Origin: an uncultured Acidobacteriota bacterium
Lineage (GTDB): Bacteria; Acidobacteriota; Thermoanaerobaculia; UBA5066; DATFVB01
Reading direction: 5' to 3'
Length of the DNA stretch: 64,000 nt
NCBI GenBank assembly: GCA_963813155.1
Contig: CAWEYG010000003.1
Span: 960,001-1,024,000, forward strand
Every line of letters starts with the position of its first letter. Positions within the stretch are counted from its first letter, which is position 1. This document shows, piece by piece, positions 9,783-20,440 of this stretch. A program made the position numbers and the translations under genes. The notes beneath the pieces were generated by a model that did not search any database, was not told the origin of the DNA, and worked only from the letters and a program-made list of their open reading frames with translations.

Positions 9783-10934
9783 ATGCCCGTCCCCTTCTCT
9801 CCCGAAGAGCTCCGCCGCTATTCCCGGCATCTCCTCATGCCCGAGGTCGGACTGGCCGGGCAGCAGAAGCTCCGGGCGGCGCGCGTGTTGTGCGTCGGAG
9901 CGGGAGGCCTCGGATCGCCGCTTGCGCTCTACCTCGCGGCGGCCGGCGTGGGAACGCTCGGAATGGTGGACTTCGATGTCGTTGAGGAATCCAACCTCCA
10001 CCGCCAGATTCTTTACGGCACGAGAGACGTCGGCCGCCGGAAGCTGCAGTCGGCGGAAGAAAGGATCCGTGACGCCAATCCGCACGTCCGCTTCGTCCCG
10101 TTCGAGCAAAGACTGACCTCGGCGAACGCGCTCGAGATCTTCCGCCAGTTCGACGTCGTTGCGGACGGCACCGACAACTTCCCCACCCGCTACCTCATCA
10201 ATGACGCCTGCGTGATGACGGGCAAGCCGAACGTCTACGCTTCGATCTATCGGTTCGAGGGGCAGGCGTCGGTCTTCGCCGCGCCCGGCGGGCCCTGCTA
10301 CCGCTGCCTCTACCCCGAGCCGCCGCCTCCCGGAATGGTTCCCTCGTGCGCGGAAGGAGGAGTCCTCGGGATCCTGCCCGGCCTGCTCGGCGTCATCCAG
10401 GCAACCGAGACCGTGAAGCTCGTCCTCGGCGCGGGCTCGTCGCTCGTCGGCCGCCTGCTGCTCGTCGACGCCCTCGGCATGAAGTTTCGCGAAGTCAGGC
10501 TCCGGAAAAACCCCGACTGCGTCGTCTGCGGGCCGAGCCCGTCCGTTCGCGAGCTCGTCGACTACGAGGCGTTCTGCGGTGTCTCGAACGTGGGAGCGGA
10601 GCGGGTCCCCGAGGGAGTGCCGTCGGTGAGCGTGGAGGATCTCAAGAAGGAGATCGATGGCGGCGAGAAGCTCGTCATCCTCGACGTGCGGGAGCCCCAC
10701 GAAATCGAAATCAGCTCGCTGCCCGGCTCAGTCAGAATCCCCCTCGGCTCGCTCCCGGAGAACCTGAACCGCCTTTCGACCGCGGACGAAATCGTCGTCC
10801 ACTGCCGCACGGGAGCGCGAAGCGCCCGCGCCGTCGAGCTCCTTCGGCAGTCGGGATTCCGGAAGGTCCGAAACCTCACGGGCGGAATCGACCGGTGGGC
10901 GCAGGCGATCGACCCGACGATGGCGAGGTATTGA
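9783..10934 (+). CDS. moeB: Molybdopterin-synthase adenylyltransferase MoeB with C-terminal rhodanese domain
   Basis: RYSRH, GAGGLG, SNLHRQ, PCYRC, CAEGGVLG and rhodanese HCRTGARS. Confidence 0.93.
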   Translation: MPVPFSPEELRRYSRHLLMPEVGLAGQQKLRAARVLCVGAGGLGSPLALYLAAAGVGTLGMVDFDVVEESNLHRQILYGTRDVGRRKLQSAEERIRDANPHVRFVPFEQRLTSANALEIFRQFDVVADGTDNFPTRYLINDACVMTGKPNVYASIYRFEGQASVFAAPGGPCYRCLYPEPPPPGMVPSCAEGGVLGILPGLLGVIQATETVKLVLGAGSSLVGRLLLVDALGMKFREVRLRKNPDCVVCGPSPSVRELVDYEAFCGVSNVGAERVPEGVPSVSVEDLKKEIDGGEKLVILDVREPHEIEISSLPGSVRIPLGSLPENLNRLSTADEIVVHCRTGARSARAVELLRQSGFRKVRNLTGGIDRWAQAIDPTMARY

Positions 10935-10941
10935 GCGCGCG

Positions 10942-11017
10942 TGGTGCCCAGGGACGGAATTGAACCGCCGACGCAGGGATTTTCAGTCCCTCGCTCTACC
11001 GACTGAGCTACCTGGGC
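10942..11017 (-). tRNA. tRNA-Phe(GAA)
   Basis: GCCCAGGTAGCTCAG..CTGAAAA..GGTTCAATTCC..CCA cloverleaf, 76 nt. Confidence 0.97.
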
Positions 11018-11168
11018 AAAGGCGCGAGCCGACAAGACTCCAGTCGCGAGGCGGGCAAAATAACAGAGGGGCATCCCCCCGTCAATCCGGGGTAAGCTTT
11101 CCGGGAATGCGCTCGACAGCCGAAACGTTTTGCAGCCTGACCGAAAACCGTCGTTCAGCGGAGGATTT

Positions 11169-12089
11169 TTGAAAACAACCACCATCGCCGCCGCTCTCAT
11201 CGCGGCCTCCTTCGCGGGCCCCGTGTTCGCGCAGAACGCCCCTCCCGCGCCGCAATCCGCCGCGCCGGCGCCGGCCGCCGCAACGATCGCGCCGCCGGGC
11301 GTTCCCGGCCGCGCGATCTGGGCGAAGACTTACGACGAAGCGCTTCAGCGCGCGAAGGACCAGGGAAAAGTCGTGTTCGTCGAGTTCGCCCAGAAAAAAT
11401 GCGGAAACTGCTTCCGGATGGATGGACTCCTCTATCCGTCCGTCAACTTCGAGATGGCGCTTCTCCGGATGGTGCCGGTCAAGCTCGACCTCGATGGCGT
11501 CGAAGCCGCGCCGCTCAAGAACCGGTATCAGATCAACCAGACGCCCGCGATTCTCGTCGTTTCGCCCGGAGGCGCTCTGATTTTTCGAATGGTCGGGTTC
11601 GACAGCGACCGAGCCTTCTACACTCACCTCCACAATTCGATGACCGACTGGGACCATCTGAACGTGAAGCTCATCCACGAGCCGGAAACGATCAACGACC
11701 CGAAAGCCGAGCTCCAGCTGGGAATGGAGCTGTTCCGGCGCTTCGATTCCGAAGAAGCAATCCCGCGTCTCCAACGCGCCGCTTCGCCGAAGGCCCCGGC
11801 CGCCACCCGGGAGGAAGCCCTCGCGTATCTCGCCTCGGCGCAGATGGAGCGCGAGCGCTTCGCGGAGGCGGGAGCCACGGTTGACACTCTCCTCAAGATC
11901 ACGAAAAACGCCGGACAGCGCGAGAAGGCCGAGCTCTTCCGGGCTCAGCTCGCGCTCGCCCAGGGCAAGCGCGACGAGGCGCGGCGGGAGTTTCAGGCTT
12001 TCCTGACCCGTCACCCCGAGAGCAAGCTCAAGGACCAGGCGAAGACGTACCTCGATCAGATGGGCTCCGATCAGCCGAAATCGGAATGA
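11169..12089 (+). CDS. Exported thioredoxin-fold protein with TPR-like C-terminus
   Basis: Signal peptide, CGNC motif, TP cis-Pro loop and TPR-like helices; TTG start after GGAGGA. Confidence 0.8.
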   Translation: MKTTTIAAALIAASFAGPVFAQNAPPAPQSAAPAPAAATIAPPGVPGRAIWAKTYDEALQRAKDQGKVVFVEFAQKKCGNCFRMDGLLYPSVNFEMALLRMVPVKLDLDGVEAAPLKNRYQINQTPAILVVSPGGALIFRMVGFDSDRAFYTHLHNSMTDWDHLNVKLIHEPETINDPKAELQLGMELFRRFDSEEAIPRLQRAASPKAPAATREEALAYLASAQMERERFAEAGATVDTLLKITKNAGQREKAELFRAQLALAQGKRDEARREFQAFLTRHPESKLKDQAKTYLDQMGSDQPKSE

Positions 12090-13831
12090 AGACCCTCGCC
12101 GCCGCACTCCTGCTCGTCGGCGGATCGCTTTCCGCGCAGCCCGCGGCATCGCTCGTCGAAGTCCGGGCGTCCGTTTCGCCCGCCACCGTCGCCCCGGGCG
12201 GGACCTTCTCCCTCGTCGTCGCGGCGAATCTCCGCGCCGGGTGGCACGTGAATGCCCACCAGCCCTCGGAGGATTACCTGATCGCCACCAACGTGGCCCT
12301 CGAGCCGCCCGCCGGAATCACGTTTTCCGAGCTCCACTACCCTGCAGCGAAACAGGTGAAATTCTCGTTCGCCGAAAAGCCGCTCGCCGTCTACGAAGGC
12401 ACGATCACCGTTACCGGGCAGGGCGCGGTCACTTCGACTTCCGCGGCAGGGCCTCGCGAAATCGCCGGAACGTTTTCCTATCAACCCTGCAATGACAAGC
12501 AGTGCCTGGCCCCCGCCCGGGTGCCCTTCCGTGCCTCGATCTCCGTGGCCCCGGCCGCACGGAGAGGCGCGGGCGCAGGACCGACCTCGGCGTCCAGGCC
12601 CGCTGGACCCGGCGACGCGGCGAACGGCGGTGCGGATCTCGCGGCCGTGCTCTCGTCGAAAGGCCTCGCCCTGTTCTTCGCATTTCTCTTTTTGGGGGGA
12701 CTCGCGCTCAACCTGACGCCGTGCGTCTACCCGATCATTCCGATCACGATCGGGTTCTTCGGCGGGCAGTCGGCGGGGAAAGCGGGCCGGCCTTTCGGCC
12801 TCGCGTCGGTCTACGTCCTCGGAATGGCGCTGACGTATTCGGCGCTCGGCGTTGCGGCGGCGCTTTCGGGCAAGCTTTTTGGCTCAGCCCTTCAGTCGCC
12901 ATGGGTGCTCGCCGGAATCGCGGCCGTGCTCGTCGCCCTCTCGCTTTCCATGTTCGGCCTGTACGACATCAATCCGCCGCGCTTCCTGATGAACCGCGCG
13001 GGAGCGAAAACCGGAATCGGCGGCGCGTTCGGAATGGGATTGCTCGTCGGGGTCGTGGCGGCGCCCTGCCTGGGCCCTTTCGTTCTGGGCCTGCTGACGT
13101 TCGTCGCGGCAAGGCGCGATCCTCTTCTCGGATTCGCGATGTTTTTCGTTCTCTCTCTCGGCCTGGGCCTTCCGTACCTCTTCCTGGCGACGTTTTCCGG
13201 CGCGCTCGCGAAGCTTCCGAAAGCGGGCGCCTGGATGGTCGAGATCAAGAAGGTCTTCGGTTTCGTTCTTCTCGCGATGGCGGCGTATTTCCTCAAGACC
13301 GTTCTCCCGGAGCCGCTGCGGAGCTGGCTGCTTCCGGCGATTCTCGCGATCGGGGGGGCCTTCGTCCTCGTCGGCATTCTGAAGGCCCGAGTTCCCGGCG
13401 TCGCCCGCGCGGCCGTCGCGGGAAGCGGCATCGTTCTTCTCGCGGGGGCCGCGCATTTCACTCCCCGTCCCGCCGCCGGGGCGGCGCGTCTGGCTTTCCA
13501 GCCGTTTCACGCGAGCGCCGGAGCCGCCGGTGGCCGGCCGTCGATGATCGATTTCGCCGCCGACTGGTGCATTCCATGCCACGAGCTCGAGGACGTGACC
13601 TTCGCCGATCCGCGGGTACGCCAGGCTCTTTCCGGGATGACGCTCTACAAGGCCGACATGACGCGCGGCGACTCGCCCGAGGCGATCGACCTCTCCGGAC
13701 GCTTCGGAATCGTCGGCATGCCGACGATCGTTTTTCTCGACGCCGGCGGAAAAGAAGTCCCCGGTTCGCGCCTCGTCGGCTTCGAGCCTCCGGACCGGTT
13801 TCTCGAGCGCGTCGCGAAGCTGGGGTCCTGA
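12086..13831 (+). CDS. dsbD: DsbD-family protein-disulfide reductase
   Basis: N-domain CNDKQC; membrane domain LTPCVYP and AAPC; C-terminal thioredoxin ADWCIPC. Confidence 0.88.
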   Translation: MKTLAAALLLVGGSLSAQPAASLVEVRASVSPATVAPGGTFSLVVAANLRAGWHVNAHQPSEDYLIATNVALEPPAGITFSELHYPAAKQVKFSFAEKPLAVYEGTITVTGQGAVTSTSAAGPREIAGTFSYQPCNDKQCLAPARVPFRASISVAPAARRGAGAGPTSASRPAGPGDAANGGADLAAVLSSKGLALFFAFLFLGGLALNLTPCVYPIIPITIGFFGGQSAGKAGRPFGLASVYVLGMALTYSALGVAAALSGKLFGSALQSPWVLAGIAAVLVALSLSMFGLYDINPPRFLMNRAGAKTGIGGAFGMGLLVGVVAAPCLGPFVLGLLTFVAARRDPLLGFAMFFVLSLGLGLPYLFLATFSGALAKLPKAGAWMVEIKKVFGFVLLAMAAYFLKTVLPEPLRSWLLPAILAIGGAFVLVGILKARVPGVARAAVAGSGIVLLAGAAHFTPRPAAGAARLAFQPFHASAGAAGGRPSMIDFAADWCIPCHELEDVTFADPRVRQALSGMTLYKADMTRGDSPEAIDLSGRFGIVGMPTIVFLDAGGKEVPGSRLVGFEPPDRFLERVAKLGS

Positions 13832-13849
13832 CCGGAACCTGGCAGCCTG

Positions 13850-14557
13850 CTAGACCTTTCCCAGCTTCTCGAGCGTCGCGCGGGCCGCCTGGCGCTGGGC
13901 CTCTTTCTTGGAGGGCCCGTACCCCTGAGCGAACGCCTCTCCGTTCCAGACGACCTGGATCAGAAACGTTTTTTCGTGGTCCGGCCCCGATTCCTCGACG
14001 ACGCGGTACTCGGGAAGCGGAAGGCCGAGCCGCTGAGCGGTTTCCTGGAGGGACGTCTTGTAATCCTGAAACGACAGATCCGCGAGGTTGATCGCGGCGA
14101 CGTCGGACTCGAACACGCGGGAGATGAAAGGGCCCACGGCGGGGAGGCCCCCGTCCAGATAGATGGCCGCGAAGATCGCCTCCATCGCGTCCGCGAGGAG
14201 CGAGTCCTTGCTCGACCCCCCGGATCGCGCTTCGCCGGAGCCGAGGCGCAGGAAGGTCCCGAGGTCGAGATCTTTCGCCTTCTGGGACAGCGTCGCGGCG
14301 GATACCAGGTGCGCCTTGATTTTCGAGAGCGATCCTTCCTGGAGCGCGGGAAAGCTCTTGAAGATCAGCTCCCCGATGACGAATCCCAGCACCGCATCCC
14401 CCAGGAATTCGAGAGTCTCGTTGTGCTGGACGCGCGGCGCGCGGTTCTCGTTCGCGTAGGACCGATGCGTCAGCGCCCGCATGAGCATCGCCGGATCGCG
14501 GAAGGTGTAGCCCAGACGCCGTTCGAGCGCGCTCCAGGGCTGGCGGGATGCGTTCAC
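13850..14557 (-). CDS. rnc: Ribonuclease III
   Basis: [24 protein letters not shown] and ds[17 protein letters not shown]. Confidence 0.95.
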   Translation of the reverse strand: MNASRQPWSALERRLGYTFRDPAMLMRALTHRSYANENRAPRVQHNETLEFLGDAVLGFVIGELIFKSFPALQEGSLSKIKAHLVSAATLSQKAKDLDLGTFLRLGSGEARSGGSSKDSLLADAMEAIFAAIYLDGGLPAVGPFISRVFESDVAAINLADLSFQDYKTSLQETAQRLGLPLPEYRVVEESGPDHEKTFLIQVVWNGEAFAQGYGPSKKEAQRQAARATLEKLGKV

Positions 14558-17062
14558 GCGGACCTCTCCTCGCGCTCCAGAAGGGCACGGAGCTCCTCCG
14601 GCGGGATCGGACGACAGAAGAGAAACCCCTGCATTCCATCGCACCCGAGAGCCCGCAGAATCTCGCGCTGCTCCTCGGTTTCCACCCCCTCCGCGATCAC
14701 GCGAAGCCCGATCCCGTGCGCCAGATCGATCACCGCCCGCACGACCGCGCCGTCCTTTCGATCCGCGACCATCTCGCGAACGAAAGCCCGGTCGATCTTG
14801 AGCGTGTCGAGGGGAAATCGCTTCAGGTAACCCAGGGAAGAATAGCCCGTCCCGAAGTCATCCATCGTGATGCCGAGGCCGAGATTCTTGAGGCGCCGGA
14901 GAGTCGAAAGCACCTGCTCGGCATTGTCCATCGCGACGCTCTCGGTGATTTCGAGGTCCAGCAAGGAAGGATTGAGGCCCGCATCGTCCAGCGTCTCCGC
15001 GATCTGCGACACGAGCCCCTGCTGCTGAAACTGCCGCGCCGACAGGTTCACCGACATCCGGATGGAAGGAAGGCCCGCGTCGAGCCATTCCCGCAGCTGG
15101 CGGCACGCCGTTCGAAGAACCCAGGCTCCGATCGGAAGGATCAGGCCCGTCTCCTCCGCGAGAGGGATGAATTCCGAAGGCGGAGTGAGGCCGTCCGGCG
15201 ATCGCTTCCAGTAGATCAGAGCTTCCACTCCCTCGACCTTCGACGTCGCCAGATTGATCTGCGGCTGGTAGAGCAAGGTGAATTCGTCGTTGCGAAGCGC
15301 CGCTCGAACGTCATTCTCCAGCTTCATCCGGACCTGTGCCCGTTCGTTGAGCTCCCGCGTGTAGAGTTGATAATTGTCGCGGCCGCGCTCCTTGGCCCGG
15401 TACATCGCGATATCGGCGTTCCGCACGAGCGTCTCGGCGTCGTGACCGTCGAACGGATACAGGCTCACGCCGATGCTCGCGGTTATGAACAGCTCCTGCC
15501 CGCCGACCTCGAAAGATTTCTTGAAGCTGTTCAGAATTCGTTCCGCGATTCTGACCGCGTCGGCCACTTGCATCACGTTCGGGATCAGCAGAATGAACTC
15601 GTCGCCACCCAGCCGGGCGAGCGTGTCCCCTTCCCACAGCAGGGCCTGAATGCGCGCGGCGATCTCCCGCAGCAACTGATCGCCGATGGAGTGGCCGAGC
15701 GAGTCGTTGATGACCTTGAACCGGTCGAGGTCGACGAAAAAGACGGCCAGGCCCCCGCCGACCCGATGAGCCTGGGCGACGGACAGGGTCAGGCGATCCT
15801 GGAAGAGAAGGCGATTCGGGAGATCGGTCAGCGGATCGTGAAACGCGAGGTGCTTGATCTGCTCCTCGGCGCGCTTGCTCTCGATCGCGGCCGCGACATG
15901 CTGCGACACGAAAGTCAGCAGCTCCGTCTCCTTCTCCGTGAAGCGGGTCTTTTCGGTGTAGCTCTGGACGACGATCGCGCCGAACGTGCGCCCGCCGCTC
16001 CTCAGGGGCGCTCCCAGCCAGTCGATCGAAGGCGAGCCCACGGGCTCCACCTCGCCGCGAGCGAGCAGCTCGTCGAACACCTCCGGGGGCGCGAGGAGGG
16101 GCTGGCCCGTTCGGAGGACGAGCTCCGTCAGTCCCTTCTTGAGAGGCCGTCGGCGGGGGCTGCGCGTCGTGCTCGTCGACCAGATAGGGGAAGCTCAGCG
16201 TGCCCGCCGCGGCATCGTGAAGGGCGATGTAGAAGTTCCGGGCGTCCATGAGCTCCCCGACGATTCGGTGGACTGCGCCGTAGACCTCGCCGAGGTCGGT
16301 CGCTGCCGCCGTCTCCTCCGCAATGCGGTAGAGCGCCGACTGAAGTTTCTCGGACTTTCGGCGTTCGGTGACATCCAGGAGCGTGCCGACGACCGCGGGA
16401 CTTCCGCCGTACTCCATCAACGAGCAGAGGACCTCGACGTCGATTTCGGTTCCGTCGTTCCTTCGGCCGCGAAACGCGGAGTGAAGGCTTTCGGCGGAGC
16501 CGTCCACCTGATGGAGCAGGAACTCCGTCACCGCCGACCGGTCGCCCGGCGCCACGACCTCGGAAATGGGGCGAGCGGTCAGTTCCTCCGCGCTGAAGCC
16601 GAAGATTTCGGCCATCTTCGGGTTCGCGTACACGAACACGCCCTCGCGGGCGATGAAGACGCCCGACAACGATCCCTCGACGAGCGTCCTGTACTTGGAT
16701 TCCGCTTCGCGGAGCGCCGTCGTGTCGTGAACGATCGAATGAAGAACCGTCCGCCCCTCGAGATCGATCGGGCTCGAGTGCACCTCGATGTCGCGAATCT
16801 CCCCGGACGCGAGCCGATGCATGAAGTGGAAGGAGTTTCGCTGTTCCGCGACCGCCCGCCGGAGCTCCCGCTGGATCTCTTCGGGCGAGGCCGTGTTGAG
16901 ATGGCCGATCGATTTCGTCTTCAGCTCCTCGCGCGAATAGCCGTAATACTCGCAAGCGGCCGGGTTCGCGTCCAGGATGCGGCCGGTTTCGGGGTCGAGC
17001 AGCAGCTGCACGGCGCGGTTGCGCTCGAACATCTGCCGAAAGATGTCCGCCGGCCGGCTCAT
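14554..17062 (-). CDS. PAS-PAS-GAF-GGDEF-EAL c-di-GMP signalling protein (frameshift near 16140)
   Basis: PAS motifs ([22 protein letters not shown]), GAF, intact GGDEF, EAL and DDFGTGYSS. Split over ORFs 15311..18025 and 14554..16080. Confidence 0.88.
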
Positions 17063-17832
17063 CGTCGGACGAAGAGCCTCTCGAAGTTCGAGCTCGTCGC
17101 CGCCGCGACTTCTTCGAGCGCGGCCCCTTTCACCTCCGCGAGCTTTCGAGCCGTCTCGACGACGAAGGCGGGCTCGCACCGCTTTCCCCGGTGGGGAACG
17201 GGAGCCAGAAACGGAGCGTCGGTTTCGACGAGCATCTCGGACAGCGGGAGCCCGCGCGCGCTCTCCCGGATGTTCTCGGCGCCCTTGAACGTCAGCATCC
17301 CGGAGAACGAAATCCTGTAGCCGAGACCGATCGCCCGGAGGCCAAAATCCGAGTCCTCGGTGAACGAGTGGAAGACGCCCGCGTTCTCGCGCGGCCCGGA
17401 GGCTTCGAGAATCTCCAGCATCACGGCGCCGGACTCTCGGTTGTGGAGGAGCGCCGGCAGGGAGTGTTCCCGGGCGAACCCGAGCTGCGCCCGAAAACCG
17501 GCGAGCTGGGCCTCGCGCGCGGAGTGCTCGTAGTGAAAATCCAATCCGATCTCCCCGATCGCGACGGTCTTGCGCGAAGCGAGCAGACCCTCCAGAATCT
17601 TCAAATCGCGATCCGGATCGAACTCCGCGGTCTCGTGGGGATGGACGCCGACGGCCGCAAAGAGGCGATCGTCGCCTTCTGCGAGCTCCACCGCCCTCCT
17701 CGAGTCTTCCACGGTGGTTCCGGGGATCAGCACCCGGCCGACGCCGGCCTGTTCCGCGCGCGAGAGAACGTCGTGCAGCTCCGCGGGGGGCAGCATCTGG
17801 ACGTGGCCGTGCGAGTCGCAGAGCATTCCCAT
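17059..17832 (-). CDS. tatD: TatD-family hydrolase
   Basis: DSHGH, GVHPH, GEIGLDFHY and ETDAPFL motifs. Confidence 0.92.
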   Translation of the reverse strand: MGMLCDSHGHVQMLPPAELHDVLSRAEQAGVGRVLIPGTTVEDSRRAVELAEGDDRLFAAVGVHPHETAEFDPDRDLKILEGLLASRKTVAIGEIGLDFHYEHSAREAQLAGFRAQLGFAREHSLPALLHNRESGAVMLEILEASGPRENAGVFHSFTEDSDFGLRAIGLGYRISFSGMLTFKGAENIRESARGLPLSEMLVETDAPFLAPVPHRGKRCEPAFVVETARKLAEVKGAALEEVAAATSSNFERLFVRR

Positions 17833-17837
17833 CCGGC

Positions 17838-19752
17838 CTACTTGACCGCCGTTCCGGGAGGAACCTCCGACTCGGGCGCCAGGAGAACCGGTTCGCCGCT
17901 GTCGGGAAGCGAGGCGGCGAGGACCATCCCGTTGGATTGCTGCCCCATGAGAGTCGCGGGTTGGAGGTTCGCGACGATGATGACGGTCTTCCCGACGAGC
18001 TGTTCGGGCGAGTAGCGGGTCGCAATTCCGGCCACGATCTGGCGCCTCTCGCTGCCGAGATCGACCTCGAGGCGCATCAGTTTCTTCGATTTCGGCACCG
18101 GTTCCGCCGCCACGATCCGGGCCGTCCGGAGCTCGATCTTTCGAAACTCGTCGATCGTGATCTTCGAGGGGCTTTCCGGCTTCTCCTCCTGCTCCATCGT
18201 CAATCCTTCCTTCTTTTCGAAATATTCGTTGGGATCGGCCCGGGGAAAGAGGGGCGCGGCTTCCGGCAGCGGCTTCCCGGTGGGCAGCTGGCCCCAGTCC
18301 AACTCCGCACCGGCCGGCGGGGAACCCGCCCCGAGGGCGGCAAGGGCCTTCGGCGACATCGAGGGCAACGCCGGCGCGAGGGCCGCCGCAGCGATCCGCG
18401 CGCCTTCCGTGGAAGCGTACAGGATCTGCGCGAGGCGCGACGTGGCGCCTTCGAGGCGAGCCATTTTCCACGGCTGTTTCGACGCGAGATAGCCGTCGAC
18501 CGTCTTCAAGAGGGCCGCGACCGCTTCGAGACCGCGGGAAAACTCGAATCGTTCGAACGATTCGGAGAGAACGCGCACCGCCTCCTCCGCCGCCGGGCGG
18601 ATCTCGTCGCCGTCGCCAGCCTCGGGAGGAGTTCCACCGAACGAGTTCCGGCAGAGCTGCGCGACCCGCGAGACCGCGTTTCCCAGGCCGTTCGCGAGAT
18701 CGGCGTTGTAACGGTCGAGGAAGGCTTCGTCCGAGAAATTCGCATCCGCCCCGAAAACCATCTCGCGAAGGAGGAAATACCTCAACGCGTCGGGACCGAA
18801 TCGCGCGACCAGGGCGTCGGGCCGAACGACGTTTCCCGTCGTCTTCGACATCTTCCTTTCGTCGCGGAGCCACCAGCCGTGGACGCAGATCCGCGAAGGA
18901 AGCGGCAGTCCCGCCGAGAGCAGGAATGCGGGCCAGTACACCGAATGGAACCGCAGGATGTCCTTCCCGACGACGTGGATCCGCTCTGCCGGCGGGATCC
19001 GCCCAATAGCGGCGGTACTTCGAGTCGTCCGGGCCGCCGAACCCGAGCGCGGTGATGTAGTTCGCCAGAGCGTCGAGCCAGACGTAGACGACATGGCCCG
19101 GGTGGTTGGGAAACGGAATGCCCCACGACAGGTTCGTGCGCGAGACCGAAAGGTCTTTCAGGCCGGATTCGACGAACGAGCGCACCTCGTTGAAGCGGGA
19201 TTCCGGTGACACGAAATCCGGATGATCGCGGAAGTGAGCGAGCAACGCGTCCTGGTGGCGCGACAGGCGGAAAAACACGTTTTCCTCCGACTGCCACGCG
19301 CACGGGGTTCGATGGTCGGGGCAAAGCTTCCCGTCGACGAGCTCCTTTTCGGTGTAATACGTTTCGCACGCGGTGCAGTACCAGCCCTCGTGGCGCGCCG
19401 TGTAGAGGTCCCCGGCGGCCTCGACTCGCCGGATCAGCTCGAGAACGCCGAGCCGGTGCCTTTCTTCCGTCGTTCGGATGAAATCGTCGTTCGTGATCGA
19501 AAGCGTCTTCCACCAGTCGTGGTACCGCGAGACGACACGGTCCGCCAGCTCGAGCGGAGAGATGCCCCTCTCGGCGGCGGCGCGCTCGATTTTCTGGCCG
19601 TGCTCGTCGGTCCCGGTGAGAAAGTAGACGTCTTCCCCCCGGGCCCGGCGAAAACGCGCGACCGTGTCGGCCACGAGCGTCGTGTAGAGATGACCGACGT
19701 GAGGGAGGTCGTTCACATAGTAGATCGGCGTCGTGACGTAGTACTTTCCCAT
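17838..19752 (-). CDS. metG: Methionine--tRNA ligase with C-terminal tRNA-binding domain (frameshift near 18990)
   Basis: YYVTTPIYYVN..HVGH, GTDEHG, YVWLDAL, GKDILRFH and KMSKT; two frames joined. Confidence 0.95.
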
Positions 19753-19759
19753 CGGTAGG

Positions 19760-20440
19760 CTAGAGAACTCCCCGCTCCTTGAGCGAAACGCAGCCGGTCC
19801 GGCCGACGATCACGTGGTCGAGGAGCCGGATTCCGAGCGACTCCGCGGCCCGCCGGAGGCGCCGGGTGAATTCCACGTCTTCGGCCGACGGGGCCGGGTC
19901 TCCCGACGGGTGATTGTGGTACAAAATCACCGCCGCCGCATCTTCCAGCAGGGCGTTCTTGCAGATCTCGCGGGGCTCCACGAGCGCCCGGTCGAGCGTT
20001 CCGCGATAGCACTCCAGGTCTTTGATCAGCCGGTGCTTCGCGTCGAGGAGAAGGGCGCCCGTGCGCTCCTGAGTGTGGCGGCCGTGGTTGGCGGTCAGAT
20101 AGGACTCGACGACTTCCGGATTGGAAAATTTCAGCCGCTCGACCTTCTCGTTGGAGACGCGCTTCGCGAGCTCGAGGGCAGCCGCGAGCGTGACGGCCTG
20201 AACCGGGCCGAGCCGGTTCCCTTTGACGAGCTGGGGCACCGACAGCGTCGCGAGCCGGCCGACCCCGCCGGCCTCCGCGAGGATCGCCTGCGCGAGCGCG
20301 AGAGCGCCTTCGCCCTTCTTTCCGGTCCTCAACAGGATCGCGAGCAACTCCTCGGTCTTCAACGCCTCCGCCCCGAGCCGCGCCAGGCGCTCTCGCGGGC
20401 GCTCGTTCGAAGGAAGGTCCCGCAAAAGGGATGTCTTCAT
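19760..20440 (-). CDS. radC: RadC family JAB-domain protein
   Basis: ERPRERL, ELLAILLRTG and HNHPSGDPAPSAED. Confidence 0.93.
   Translation of the reverse strand: MKTSLLRDLPSNERPRERLARLGAEALKTEELLAILLRTGKKGEGALALAQAILAEAGGVGRLATLSVPQLVKGNRLGPVQAVTLAAALELAKRVSNEKVERLKFSNPEVVESYLTANHGRHTQERTGALLLDAKHRLIKDLECYRGTLDRALVEPREICKNALLEDAAAVILYHNHPSGDPAPSAEDVEFTRRLRRAAESLGIRLLDHVIVGRTGCVSLKERGVL

Noticed and set aside
17059-19752. Apparent MetG-TatD, IspA-AP-like and other long chimeric ORFs (also 22613..25498, 47550..51209, 59896..62844)
   Set aside because: Caused by frameshifts or upstream extension of open frames in GC-rich DNA; each part maps to a normal separate gene.
17838-19752. metG and other genes as pseudogenes or programmed frameshifts
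   Set aside because: metG is essential and both halves are intact. Scattered single indels with no slippery motif indicate sequencing error.
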